Below the pieces are notes generated by a model that worked only from the letters and a program-made list of their open reading frames with translations, was not told where the DNA came from and ran no database searches. A program made the translations under genes and the position numbers. A DNA stretch of 64,000 bases from positions 2,752,001-2,816,000 of the forward strand of contig CAUVXB020000002.1 in the NCBI GenBank assembly GCA_963555825.3. The letters are read 5' to 3'. Source of the stretch: Alphaproteobacteria bacterium (GTDB lineage: Bacteria; Pseudomonadota; Alphaproteobacteria; JAAXGF01). This document shows, one piece after another, positions 48,174 to 61,095 of this stretch. How positions within the stretch are numbered: the first letter of the stretch is position 1; each line of letters starts with the position of its first letter.

Positions 48174-48201
48174 GTCCCTCATCCCTCGCAACTTGGTTGA
48201 A

Positions 48202-49066
48202 CCGACATTCCCCATATACCATCCAAATTCGTGGAAATCGTACCACTTTCCCACCGCCAAGGGAACTGTATCCCCTATGCAGCCATCCGATGGCATGATT
48301 TTGGTAATCGGCCCGCGCTTGGAAGGCCACTCGGTCATTTTTCTCGCCATCCAGACACACCTCTCCTGTCGCTTTCTCCTCGCCGTCGATTCCCTCGGCC
48401 TACGCCGGAGCGGGTCTTCGTCGCAGATCATCAATCAAGCTCAGGATTTTCCGGAACAGGTCCCTCGGCACCGCCACCTCAGCCAATTGGAACGTAACGT
48501 AGCGGCCATGTCGGACAACCTTGGCCCCGATCTTCACCAGCTTGTCGCGCAACGTCGTCATCGACCAGTGCTCCACCTCCTTCGGCAAAGCCAGTGTCCT
48601 CATGAAGTTGCCCAGATTGTAGGCCAGGGCGTGAAGCTGGAGCCGAACGGCATTGTTGCGGAACTTGCGACATGACAGACGGGTCCAGTTGATGGCGTTC
48701 TTGCCTTCCTTGATGTGCTGCTCCGCCGTGCCACGGTGATTATAGAACGCCACCACCCGCTTGGTAGGGCGCGACAGATTAGTGACGATGAAACCGACGC
48801 GAGGAACCAGCTCGCCGGGGTGCCACTCCACTTTGGCCACGACACGGCGCTTCTTGTTCCACGATCCGGCCTGATAGCTGAAGCTGGCGTGGAAACGGCG
48901 AACATGGTCGGGCGGGCGACCGACAGGTCGCGTAAGCAGATGGGCAATGTTCCGCTGGAGAATCGCGTTCGCTTTGAGGCGGATGACGTAGAGTAATCCC
49001 TCGGCTTCGAGATATTCGTATATCTCCGGTGAGGCGAAGGCGGCATCGCCACGAAATCGACGCCTG
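48202..49066 (-). pseudogene. IS1380-family transposase 3' half with right end
   Basis: RGDAAF, RRVVAKVEWH, YNHRGTAEQHIKEGK, LAYNL; end CCGACATTCCC. Confidence 0.88.
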
Positions 49067-49202
49067 TTGCCAAGCATGGATCGACCTCATCGCAGAACCG
49101 GATCGTATGCGAACCCTCTGCGCCTATCCATGGATCATGAAGGTGATTTCATAGGCTCACTGGTATTAGTCCACCCGGGCGGAGCAAAACTAGTCCACTT
49201 AA

Positions 49203-50673
49203 CAGCCCGTTGACGAAGTCGTCACTGGACACAAGCGGCCTGGTCTGATTCTTTGACGTTCTGATTTGACCGGGGGATTCGCTGTTGACGATGGGACAGC
49301 AGAAGCATCGTCAGGGGGACTTGATGGTAGGCTGGGCGGAGATGCCGCGCTCGCCGGGTCATGTGTTTTACGACCGTCTGCAGTCGGTACTGATCGAGGG
49401 CGGTTTCGACGGCTTTGCCGAGGCGGCCTGTCGGTCCTATTACGCGGTCAGGCTGGGGGCGCCTTCGGTGCCGCCGGGGCGCTATTTCCGCATGCCCCTG
49501 GTGGGCTACTTCGAGGGCATCGACTCTGAGCGCGGGCTGGAATGGCGCTGCTCGGATTCCCTGTCGCTACGGGAGTTTCTACGGCTGGAAAGCCGGGATC
49601 GTGTGCCGGACCATTCCTGGCTGTCACGGACCCGCGCGCGCCTGCCCCATGAGGTCCACACGGCGATCTTCGACTGGGTTCTGGCTCTGATCGCCGAGGC
49701 GGGTCTGGTCATGGGCGAGCGCATCGGGGTCGATGCCTCGACCATGGAGGCCAACGCGGCGCTGCGCAACATCGTGCGGAGGGACACGGGCGAGGGTTAC
49801 CGGGGGATGCTGGCGCGCTTGGCCCAGGAGAGCGGCATCGAGACACCCACGGCCGAGGACCTGGCGCGCCTGGACCGCAAGCGCAAGGGCAAGAAGCTCT
49901 CGAACCAGGACTGGGTCTCGAAGAGCGACCCCGAGGCCAAGATCGCCAAGATGAAGGACGGCACGACCCATCTGGCCTACAAGCCCGAGCACGCGGTGGA
50001 TCTGGACACCGGCGCGGTGGTGGCCGCCGAGCTACACCCGGCCGACGAGGGCGACACGACGACGCTGGAGAAGACGCTGGCGGCGGCCAAGGAGAATCTC
50101 GAGGCGGTGGACGCGGCACCGACGGCCGAAGACCCGGCCGAATGTGTGACCGACAAGGGCTATCACTCACGGTCGGTCTTAAAGGCGCTCGACGACGGCC
50201 CCTGGAAGACGCGGATCTCCGAGCCCAAGCAGAAAGGTTTTGCGCGCTGGCACGGCGACGGGGCGGCCCGCCGGGCAGTCACCAACAACCGGACCCGGCT
50301 GTTATCGGGCGTGGCCAAGGAAGCCTTCAAGCTGCGCGCCGAGATCGTCGAGCGCTCCTTTGCGCACAACCTCGATCGCGGCGGCATGCGCCGGACATGG
50401 CTGCGCGGGCGCGAGAACGTGCACAAGCGATACCTGCTCCATGTCGCCGGCCACAATCTGAGTCTCCTGATGCGCAAACTGATCGGCGCCGGCACCCCGC
50501 GGGAGGCCGTGGCGGGCGGATATGGCTGTATTTGCGTGCTTATTGCGCCAGCTGGAGCCGTTCTGGTCGCTCAGATGGTCCTCATCGTCTCGGAGGATGG
50601 CGAAACCGCCTTCGTCGCGTTATGTTTCGCCGTCGAGTGAAACCCGGTCAATAGCGCCTTTTTCAACGGGCTG
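49203..50673 (+). mobile_element. IS1182/IS5-type element
   Basis: IR CAGCCCGTTGA; TSD TTAA (49199-49202, 50674-50677). Confidence 0.9.
49285..50640 (+). CDS. IS1182-like transposase
   Basis: GYFEGIDSER, VDASTMEANA, DKGY, VERSFAH. Confidence 0.9.
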   Translation: MTMGQQKHRQGDLMVGWAEMPRSPGHVFYDRLQSVLIEGGFDGFAEAACRSYYAVRLGAPSVPPGRYFRMPLVGYFEGIDSERGLEWRCSDSLSLREFLRLESRDRVPDHSWLSRTRARLPHEVHTAIFDWVLALIAEAGLVMGERIGVDASTMEANAALRNIVRRDTGEGYRGMLARLAQESGIETPTAEDLARLDRKRKGKKLSNQDWVSKSDPEAKIAKMKDGTTHLAYKPEHAVDLDTGAVVAAELHPADEGDTTTLEKTLAAAKENLEAVDAAPTAEDPAECVTDKGYHSRSVLKALDDGPWKTRISEPKQKGFARWHGDGAARRAVTNNRTRLLSGVAKEAFKLRAEIVERSFAHNLDRGGMRRTWLRGRENVHKRYLLHVAGHNLSLLMRKLIGAGTPREAVAGGYGCICVLIAPAGAVLVAQMVLIVSEDGETAFVALCFAVE

Positions 50674-50717
50674 TTAACGTTATGCGGTATGCGGTGTTGG
50701 GGGGTTGTCCCGGTAGT

Positions 50718-52055
50718 TGTGCCTCCCATTTATCTCATCCGGGGTGCATCAAGAACGCCGACCGGTCCGCCGGCACTGGTGATGGCACCATCTTCGCTGT
50801 GAGGCGGGCATAGTCATCTTCGGAAACGACGCCCACATCGATCGGCAACCGGCTTGGGGGGCCTTGCCATAGTAAGACGGATTGCTGAGGTTACGGCGAC
50901 CCCGACGGCGTCAGAATCATCGCCGCAAGCCGATTATACGATAGCCGGTGCCAGTCAGGCCGCCAACCGCTGGTACCGATGATGCAGCCCGCCGACCTGT
51001 GGAAACGCCACGATCTTCCCGGCGCCAGCCGGCTGAACCGATCGCCGTTCAGGGGTATCCTTGCCTAGCGCCAGGTGCGTGCGGGATCGCTGGTAGTAGT
51101 CGATGTACGACAAGAGTATCGCCCGCAGATGCCGTTCGTTTAGAACGATCACGTGATCCAGACACTCTCGCCTGATGGACCCGATCACGCGCTCAACGTA
51201 CGGCGACTGCCACGGCGATCGCGGCGCCGTCACGACCTCTTCGATGCCCATCGCCTTTATCCGCGAACGAAAGGCAATACCGTACACACGATCCCGATCT
51301 CGGATCATATACCGTGGTGCTGTCTCCCACGGAAAGGCCTCCCGGATCTGTTGCGCGACCCACGCCGCAGTCGGGTGTGCCGTGGTGCCGATGTGAACAA
51401 TCCGCCGACGCTCGTGCCGCAGCACAACGAGCACGAATAGAAGACTGAACGTCGCGGTGGGTACGACGAAGAAGTCGGTCGACGCTAGGCACCCGACGTG
51501 GTTCTCGAGGAACGTCCGCCATGTCTGCGAAGGTGGCTTTGGATGGCGCGGCATGTACTTGGACACGGCCGCCTCGGAGACCTCGAAGCCGAGCATCCTG
51601 AGCTCACCGTGGATTCGGGGAGCGCCCCACAACGGATTCTCCCGAGACATCCGGCGGATAAGCCCTCGGAATTCGCTCGACACGGGCGGTCGTCCCGGCT
51701 TCCCCCGTCGCGACTTCCGGGTCCAGAAACGTCGGAAGCCCTTTCGATGCCAGCCGATAACCGTCTCCGGCTTGACGATCACCAGGATCTCCCTCCAACC
51801 CGACCACAGCCGAGACAGGACGACCCAGAAAAGGCGATCGGCCATCCGAAGCGATGGCCTGGCTCCTTTCCGATCTAAGGCGGCAAGCTGCTGTCGCAGG
51901 GCAAGGTTCTCAAGATGCAACGCCGCGCGGCTGAGGAAAGCCTCACGGACCATGGCAAGGACAATTCGAATGGTCGTGCACATGTCGGAGACGCTATCCG
52001 GCACAAGCCGGGAATACTAGGATTTCTGCGGCAGATAGGATTTATGGGAGCCACA
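50718..52055 (-). mobile_element. TGT...ACA-ended element with rve integrase-core transposase
   Basis: IRs TGTGCCTCCCATTTATC / TGTGGCTCCCATAAATC. Confidence 0.75.
50955..52004 (-). CDS. Integrase-core (rve) DDE transposase
   Basis: WGAPRIHGEL, TDFF, IRDRD, ERVIGSIRRECLD, GGLHHRY. Confidence 0.9.
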   Translation of the reverse strand: MPDSVSDMCTTIRIVLAMVREAFLSRAALHLENLALRQQLAALDRKGARPSLRMADRLFWVVLSRLWSGWREILVIVKPETVIGWHRKGFRRFWTRKSRRGKPGRPPVSSEFRGLIRRMSRENPLWGAPRIHGELRMLGFEVSEAAVSKYMPRHPKPPSQTWRTFLENHVGCLASTDFFVVPTATFSLLFVLVVLRHERRRIVHIGTTAHPTAAWVAQQIREAFPWETAPRYMIRDRDRVYGIAFRSRIKAMGIEEVVTAPRSPWQSPYVERVIGSIRRECLDHVIVLNERHLRAILLSYIDYYQRSRTHLALGKDTPERRSVQPAGAGKIVAFPQVGGLHHRYQRLAA

Positions 52056-52189
52056 GGCTACTTTGTCTCGGAAGCCTCGGTTTACCGGCTTCTCAAGGCC
52101 CACGGCCTGATCACCAGCCCCGCTTTCGTGGTCATCAAGGCAGCCGATGAGTTCCGCGACAAGACCACGGCGCCGAACCAGCTGTGGCA
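52056..52189 (+). pseudogene. IS3-family internal fragment
   Basis: GYFVSEASVYRLLKAHGLITSPAF..PNQLWQ. Confidence 0.7.
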
Positions 52190-52650
52190 GAGCGCCCACT
52201 CGAGCAGCAGGTTGCCATCGCGTAGCGCCTGCCAACTCTCCAAGCTCACCTCTTTGCCCGCCCGGTCACGAACCCGTGGCCGGGCCACCTTCACTTTGCC
52301 GCCGTGGTAGCCGATCTCGCTATGTGTCCTACCCCAGCGATAACCTCGACGGTCCCCATGGCGGCGATGTCGGGCCCCGCACACGGTCGTGGCGTCCTCC
52401 TCCATCATCTCGGCCAAGGCCTCGACCCCGGCCAGAAGACAAAACCGATCCACGCTGAGATGGACTGCGTCCATCGCGTCCGCCAGCGGCGGCATAGGAA
52501 TCGAGGGGGCAAGGGCTTTCGGGCGGCTGGAACTACGGATATTATTTCCCATGGTGTCGTTCTCCCTTTTGGGTTTGCAGCACCCGGAGCCTAACGGCTC
52601 CAGGAGAGCGACACCTACCTCAACTTTTCAACATCGACCGGGACATCCCC
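52190..52650 (-). pseudogene. IS256 5' fragment, near-identical to about 23012-23472
   Basis: Direct similarity with a few substitutions. Confidence 0.88.
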
Positions 52651-52657
52651 TTGAAAC

Positions 52658-54108
52658 GGCGATGTCCCGCCCAATGTTGAAAAGTGCGAGATAGGCATCG
52701 TCTGATCGAGAGGCTACGCGGCCACCTCGATGTCTTCAATGACGGACTTTGCTCCGGCCTTTCTCACCGCCTCCCGCAGGGCGGCGTCAAGGACGGGGAG
52801 CTGGCGGTAGGCCTTGAGGCGGCGGAAGGTCTTTTGCGCCTCCAAGAGGCCGGCGGCGGTCCAACGCAGCGCCATCTCGGCGTTGCGCCAGCGCTTGACG
52901 TTCCGCTGCACCGTCCGGACGGTGCCGATCGCGTTCTCGATGGCGTTGGTGCAAGCCAGCGAGTGTCGAAGTTGCGGCGGGAGGCCGAGCCGGATCACGG
53001 TCAGGATATCGTCCAGGCCCTCCAGGATCGAGCCCGAGACGCCGGGTGCGTCATGCTCCAGACGGCGGGCGAGGTTGCGCAAGAGCCGTTCGGCCTTGGC
53101 CGCGTCGTCCTGCTGCCAGGCCTGCCGCAAGACCTTCCTGACGCCGGCATGGAGGCTCTCGTCCAGCCGGTCCGTGATGTTGCGCCCCTTGTGCACCTGG
53201 CAGCGCTGGAGGGCCGCCGCCCGCCCGAAGGTCCGCCGGATCGCCTTCGAGAGCGCCTTGGCGCCGTCGACGATGTAGAGCCGAGGCCGTTCGGGATCGA
53301 GACCGCGCTCGATCAGGTTGTCGAGCATGGCTTGCACCGTGGCCGCGTTCTCCGTCGCGCCCTCGGCCAGGCCCAGCACGTGCTTCGCGCCGCCGGTGTC
53401 GATGCCGATCGCCGCCACCATCAGGTGATCGCCGACATGGAGCCCGTCGATCTGGAGCACCACGAGATCGAGATCGTCGAGCGGGCTCGCCAGCCAGGCC
53501 TTCAGCTTGCTTCGCGTCAACGCCACGAAACGGCGCGAGACCGCCGACTTCGAGGTTGCGTCACCCGATGCCGCCGGCAGATCGCCGCCCGCATCGTCCG
53601 GCAGGCGCACCGCGCGGGCATACTTGCGGGTCGAGACGTTGATCACCATCAGATTCATCGCCCAGGCTTGCAAGAGTTCGGGTTCCGACAGCAGCTCCCA
53701 ACTCGGCAGGCTCATCTCCCGACCCGCGAAGTCCCGCACCCGAGGGCGCTCGACCTTCACTTTGCCGCCGTGGTAGGCGATCTCGCTCCGGGTCGTGCCC
53801 CATCGATGGCCCTTGCGCTCGCCCGAGCGGGCGTGGCGCGAACCGCACAAGGCTTCCGCGTCCGCCGACATCATCTCGTTCAAAGACTCGAGGCCCGCCA
53901 AAAGGCAGAAGCGATCGACGCTCATGCGCAGATCGTCGAAGGCCTCCGGCATCGATGGCAAGAGCCGACAGGATGGTTCCGAGGAACGGTCGTTGCGTGT
54001 AGTCTTGGTCATGGCGTCGTTCTCCTTGATGGAATCAGCACCCAGAGCCTAGCGGCTCCAGGCGGACGACGCCTACTTCAGCTTTTCAACAGAGCCCGGG
54101 ACATCCCC
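52658..54108 (-). mobile_element. IS256-family element
   Basis: IRs GGCGATGTCCCG..GTTGAAAA / GGGGATGTCCCG..GTTGAAAA. Confidence 0.9.
52714..54012 (-). CDS. IS256-family transposase
   Basis: LQIDG, EGATEN, QRCQVHK, CTNAIEN. Confidence 0.95.
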   Translation of the reverse strand: MTKTTRNDRSSEPSCRLLPSMPEAFDDLRMSVDRFCLLAGLESLNEMMSADAEALCGSRHARSGERKGHRWGTTRSEIAYHGGKVKVERPRVRDFAGREMSLPSWELLSEPELLQAWAMNLMVINVSTRKYARAVRLPDDAGGDLPAASGDATSKSAVSRRFVALTRSKLKAWLASPLDDLDLVVLQIDGLHVGDHLMVAAIGIDTGGAKHVLGLAEGATENAATVQAMLDNLIERGLDPERPRLYIVDGAKALSKAIRRTFGRAAALQRCQVHKGRNITDRLDESLHAGVRKVLRQAWQQDDAAKAERLLRNLARRLEHDAPGVSGSILEGLDDILTVIRLGLPPQLRHSLACTNAIENAIGTVRTVQRNVKRWRNAEMALRWTAAGLLEAQKTFRRLKAYRQLPVLDAALREAVRKAGAKSVIEDIEVAA

Positions 54109-54275
54109 GACTAGGCCGCACCGCGCGGAAGTCTGAGGTTGTCTCCGCTCAAGTAAATTTGATCAGCTCGCTCCCCGGATCATGAATGAATGGTCGCCAC
54201 AATGGGCACCGGCATTTACAGTGTGCTTAATGATTCAAAGAATCGCCCTCAAAAGGCGGAAACGGGAGGAAGAGA

Positions 54276-55139
54276 ATGATACCTGGTTCGTTTGATTATC
54301 ACCGACCGGACTCCCTAGACGCAGCCATCTCTCTTCTCGCCTCGCTTGGCGACGAAGCGCGCGTGGTCGCGGGCGGACACAGCCTCATCCCCATGATGAA
54401 ACTGCGTATGGCGGTGCCGGAGCATTTGATTGATTTGCAGGATATTGCTGATCTTAAAGGCATATCCGTCGATGGTGGCACGGTCACCATTGGCGCCATG
54501 ACAACGCAAACGGCCCTGATCGCATCCGAGGAGCTCGCAACCGTTTGCCCTATCATCAAGGAAACGTCCCTGCAAATCGCCGATCCGCAGGTCCGCTATT
54601 TCGGCACCATCGGCGGTAATGTCGCCAACGGGGATCCCGGCAACGACATGCCGGCGCTTATGCAGGCGTTGAACGCCGACTACATATTGCAGGGTTCCGG
54701 CGGCACGCGCGAGGTGGCTGCCCGGGCGTTCTACGAGGCCGCCTTTTTCACGGCACTCGAGGATGGAGAAATTCTCACGGCGGTCCGGTTCGCGGCGCCG
54801 TCGGCCGGCCATGGCTATGCCTATGAGAAACAAAAACGCAAGATCGGCGACTATGCGACGGCGGCGGCGGCGGTTCTGCTCACCATGAACGGCGGCAAAT
54901 GCGAAACCGCCGCGATCGCTCTCACCAACGTGGCGGACACACCACTTCTCGCCGAAGAAGCGGCACGCGCTGTTGTCGGGACATCGCTCGATGGGGCGGC
55001 TCTGAGCGCCGCGGCCGAGGCAGCCAAGGCGATCACGAGTCCCGTCAAGGACGTCCGGGGCCCGGCCGATTTCCGCAGACATGTTGCCGGGATCATGGTG
55101 CAGCGCGCCATTGAAAAAGCCGCGGCGCGGGCAAGCTAG
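54276..55139 (+). CDS. coxM: CO dehydrogenase medium (FAD) subunit
   Basis: [46 protein letters not shown]. Confidence 0.93.
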   Translation: MIPGSFDYHRPDSLDAAISLLASLGDEARVVAGGHSLIPMMKLRMAVPEHLIDLQDIADLKGISVDGGTVTIGAMTTQTALIASEELATVCPIIKETSLQIADPQVRYFGTIGGNVANGDPGNDMPALMQALNADYILQGSGGTREVAARAFYEAAFFTALEDGEILTAVRFAAPSAGHGYAYEKQKRKIGDYATAAAAVLLTMNGGKCETAAIALTNVADTPLLAEEAARAVVGTSLDGAALSAAAEAAKAITSPVKDVRGPADFRRHVAGIMVQRAIEKAAARAS

Positions 55140-55149
55140 GGAGACGGAC

Positions 55150-55643
55150 ATGTCGAAAATCCACGTCAAAATGACGGTCAACGGAACCGACGTCGAAGCG
55201 CTTGCCGACTCGCGCACCCTTCTCATCCACTTCCTGCGCGAGGAACTGGACATCACGGGGCCGCATATCGGCTGCGATACCAGCCACTGTGGCGCCTGTA
55301 CGGTCGACCTCGACGGAAAGTCGGTCAAATCCTGCACCCTGTTCGTCGGCCAGGCCGACGGCGCGGGGGTGACCACAATCGAGGGTATTTCCGGCGCGGA
55401 TGGATCGCTCCATGCGTTGCAGGAAGCGTTCAGCGAACATCATGGCCTGCAATGCGGCTTCTGCACGCCGGGCATGATCACCCGGGCCTACCGCCTGCTT
55501 CAGGAAATTCCGGATCCGACGGATGCGGAAATTCGCTTCGGGATCGCCGGCAATCTGTGCCGATGCACGGGCTATCAGAACATCGTCAAGGCCATCAGGG
55601 TGGCTGCCGAGCAGCTCAATTCCGCCGAGGAGGCGGCAGAATA

Positions 55644-55644
<1 letters not shown>
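55150..55644 (+). CDS. coxS: CO dehydrogenase small (2Fe-2S) subunit
   Basis: [28 protein letters not shown]. Confidence 0.95.
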
Positions 55645-58067
<2,423 letters not shown>

Positions 58068-58069
58068 CG

Positions 58070-58110
58070 GATATCATGGGGGAGGGCGCCCGGCCTTCCC
58101 CCATGATATC
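58070..58110 (+). promoter_or_regulatory. 18-bp stem-loop between coxL and coxD
   Basis: GATATCATGGGGGAGGGC-gcccg-GCCTTCCCCCATGATATC; no U-tract. Confidence 0.65.
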
Positions 58111-58116
58111 ATCCGC

Positions 58117-59001
58117 ATGATCATGACAGGCTCTTTGGATATCGCGGCGCGGCTCAGGGATGTGGGCTACATTCCCGATGAAACGCTTGTCATCGCGTTG
58201 CAATTCACCCTCGACCTCGAGCGTCCGCTGTTGCTGGAGGGCGAGGCGGGGGTCGGCAAGACCGAAGTCGCCCGCGCACTTTCGGCGGTGCTCGAGACGC
58301 GGCTCATCCGGCTCCAGTGTTATGAAGGCCTTGACGCCAGCAACGCCATTTACGAGTGGAACTATCAACGCCAGCTTCTCGCCATCAAGGCGAAGGAACG
58401 CGAGAAAATTTCGGCCGACGACGTCGAGGAACAGATATTTTCCGAGACCTATCTGCTGAGAAGGCCGTTGCTTGAAGCCATCAGTCAACCGCGAGCCCCG
58501 GTTCTGCTGATCGACGAGATCGACCGCGCCGATGAGGAGTTCGAGGCCTATCTTCTCGAGGTTCTCTCCGACTATCAGATCACCGTGCCCGAACTCGGCA
58601 CCATCGAGGCGAAAACCATTCCCCATGTTGTGCTGACGTCGAACGGCACGCGGGAGCTTTCCGATGCCCTGCGCCGCCGCTGTCTTTACGCGTATGTTGA
58701 ATTTCCGAGCCTTGAGCGAGAGCTTGAGATCGTTCTCTCCCGGATTCCGGGGATCGAACAGAAGCTTGCCGGCCAGGTCGTCCGGTTCATCCATGGCCTG
58801 CGGCGGGAAGACCTTGAAAAGCTGCCGGGCGTCGCCGAAACCCTGGATTGGGCGGCGGCGCTTGTCGGCATGAAGCTCGATTCCCTATCCGGCGACGCCG
58901 AGCGCATTCGCTCGACCCTGATTTGCCTGTTGAAGACCGAAGCCGACCAAAAGGCTATTTCGATCGAAGTGGTCGACCGGTTGGCTGGCCAGGCGGCCTG
59001 A
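58117..59001 (+). CDS. coxD: MoxR AAA+ ATPase
   Basis: LEGEAGVGKT, RLQCYEG, IDEIDRAD, LRRRC. Confidence 0.9.
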   Translation: MIMTGSLDIAARLRDVGYIPDETLVIALQFTLDLERPLLLEGEAGVGKTEVARALSAVLETRLIRLQCYEGLDASNAIYEWNYQRQLLAIKAKEREKISADDVEEQIFSETYLLRRPLLEAISQPRAPVLLIDEIDRADEEFEAYLLEVLSDYQITVPELGTIEAKTIPHVVLTSNGTRELSDALRRRCLYAYVEFPSLERELEIVLSRIPGIEQKLAGQVVRFIHGLRREDLEKLPGVAETLDWAAALVGMKLDSLSGDAERIRSTLICLLKTEADQKAISIEVVDRLAGQAA

Positions 59002-59005
59002 TCCG

Positions 59006-60202
59006 ATGGCGGCATCCGGTGCTTCGCTGCTGAGTGAAAACGCCATCAGCGCGCGCGTTACCGGTTTTACCGATCATTTGCGCATGAACCACTTCAAGAT
59101 CGGACCCGCCGAGACCCATGACGCCATCGGGTTTCTGGCGGCATCGCCGCTTTTGGGCGTAACCGAGACACGCCTTCGGCTGAAAGTTCTCCTTGCCAGC
59201 CGGCAGGACGAATGGACACGGTTCGACGAACTTTTTGAAGCCTATTGGCGGCCCCGGGGACGCCGGCGCACGATCGATCGCGCCGACAGCGCCGACGATG
59301 GCCGCGGCGCCGTCTTCGGCCGCCGTCTTTGGGGCGGCCACCTGCAGTCGGACGCGGGCTCCCGAAGAAGCGATCGGCCGGCGGTGGATAGCGCCGGCGA
59401 AAGCGACATCGACGGCGATGCGCCGGGCCGTCTGATCGCGTCGGAGAGGACCACGCGGACGAAAACCGACCTCCGCCACCTTGCCGATGCGCAGGAAATC
59501 GCCGAGGCCGAACGACTAGCCTTTCGCCTGGCCCGCGCCATGCGCTACCGTCTTTCCCGGCGATACCGCCGAAGCAAGCGCGGCACGCGGCTGGATTTCC
59601 GCAAGACCATTCGTGCCAGCCTGAGCCACGGCGGAAACCCTATGACCCTGGTGCGGAAATCAAGGCCGGACCGCCCGGTTCGCATCGTCCTGTTCCTCGA
59701 TGTTTCCGGGTCAATGAAATCCTACAGCCGGTTCTTTCTGCAATTCTTGAAAGGTTTTGTCTGCGCCTGGATCGACACGGACGCCTATCTGTTCCATACG
59801 AAATTGATCCGCGTCACCGACGGCATTCGCGAAAAGGACTCGCTCAAGGCCATGACCCGGCTTTCCCTCATGGCCGATGGTTTCGGCGGCGGCACGAAAC
59901 TTGGCGCGAGCCTTCGACAATTCAACGATCTCTACGCGAAACGCGCGCTCAACTCGCGCAGTGTCGCCATTGTAATGAGCGACGGCTACGACACCGGGAC
60001 CGTGGACAGCCTGACCCGCGAGCTTGCCCGGTTGAAACGCAGGGCGCCGCGCCTGATCTGGATGAACCCGTTACTTGGATGGCGGAATTACGAACCAATC
60101 ACCGCGGCCATGGACGCGGCCTTGCCCTATATCGATCATTTCGCGGCGGCCAATACCCTGGATTCCATGGCCGCCATCGAGCCCGAACTTGCCCGGCTCT
60201 GA
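59006..60202 (+). CDS. coxE: VWA-domain protein
   Basis: DVSGSM, GGGT, SDGYD, WMNPL. Confidence 0.9.
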   Translation: MAASGASLLSENAISARVTGFTDHLRMNHFKIGPAETHDAIGFLAASPLLGVTETRLRLKVLLASRQDEWTRFDELFEAYWRPRGRRRTIDRADSADDGRGAVFGRRLWGGHLQSDAGSRRSDRPAVDSAGESDIDGDAPGRLIASERTTRTKTDLRHLADAQEIAEAERLAFRLARAMRYRLSRRYRRSKRGTRLDFRKTIRASLSHGGNPMTLVRKSRPDRPVRIVLFLDVSGSMKSYSRFFLQFLKGFVCAWIDTDAYLFHTKLIRVTDGIREKDSLKAMTRLSLMADGFGGGTKLGASLRQFNDLYAKRALNSRSVAIVMSDGYDTGTVDSLTRELARLKRRAPRLIWMNPLLGWRNYEPITAAMDAALPYIDHFAAANTLDSMAAIEPELARL

Positions 60203-60217
60203 GGGGCGATAACCGTC

Positions 60218-61051
60218 ATGACCCATGCCTCCAAAATCTTCGATCTCATCGAAAGGCTGCGCGCCGACGATGAGGATTTTTGCGTCGCCACCGTGGTCCG
60301 CACGGCGAACCTGACCTCCGCAAAGGCCGGCGCCAAGGCCGTGGTAACCGGGGACGGTGAGATCCACGGTTTCGTCGGCGGCGGCTGCGTCACCGGCGCG
60401 GTCCGCAAAGCCGCCCTCGAGGCGATGACCACGGGCCGGCCCCATATGGTCCGCATACGTCCCAAGGAAGAGGTCACCGGCGATGTCGACGCTGACGGTT
60501 CGCCGCTTTACAAGTCGAGCTGCCCCAGTGGTGGCACGGTGGAGATCTTCCTGGAGCCCATGAAGGCGGCGCGCAAAATTGTCATATGCGGGTCGTCGCC
60601 GGTGGCCCAGGCGCTTGTCGCCATCGCCAAAGCCACTGGCTTCGCCGTGGTCCATGCCGGTGCTTCCGATGCCCGCGACAGGACCCAGGGCGCCGATGAA
60701 TACCTTGACAGTTTCGATCTCGCCGACGCCGGACTGCAGCCCGGCGATTGCATCGTCATCGCCACCCAGGGCACGCGGGATCGCGATGCCCTGCGGGGCG
60801 CCCTGGCCTCGCCGGTGGCTTACGTGTCGATGATCGGCAGCCGCCGCAAGATCGAATCACTCAGGAATGGTCTGGCCAAGGAAGGGGCGATATCCGCGGA
60901 CCGGCTCGCCGAGCTCAGGGGGCCAGCGGGTTTCGATATCGGCGCGGTGGGGCCCGAGGAGATCGCGCTGTCGGTTGTTACCGAGATTGTTGCGTATTTC
61001 AGGCAACCGGATGTCGTGGACACGCCTGTTTCCGGCGCGGTGGAGACGTAG
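60218..61051 (+). CDS. coxF: XdhC/CoxF-family maturation factor
   Basis: GFVGGGC, CPSGG, IGSRRK, GPEEIALS. Confidence 0.88.
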   Translation: MTHASKIFDLIERLRADDEDFCVATVVRTANLTSAKAGAKAVVTGDGEIHGFVGGGCVTGAVRKAALEAMTTGRPHMVRIRPKEEVTGDVDADGSPLYKSSCPSGGTVEIFLEPMKAARKIVICGSSPVAQALVAIAKATGFAVVHAGASDARDRTQGADEYLDSFDLADAGLQPGDCIVIATQGTRDRDALRGALASPVAYVSMIGSRRKIESLRNGLAKEGAISADRLAELRGPAGFDIGAVGPEEIALSVVTEIVAYFRQPDVVDTPVSGAVET

Positions 61052-61095
61052 ATCATGTTGCGCTGGGATCAAGTTTGGCTGGACTGAGTTTTGCT

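Noticed and set aside
47703-48434. 243-aa bactofilin fusion
   Set aside because: Both extensions are read-through from IS1380 and IS1595 sequence
650-49066. The two IS1380 halves as one element split by a 47-kb insertion
   Set aside because: Their order is wrong for a split minus-strand element and no TSD is seen; more likely separate remnants
54109-54275. RcoM/LytTR-type direct repeats upstream of coxM
   Set aside because: Only weak CGCTC matches with irregular spacing
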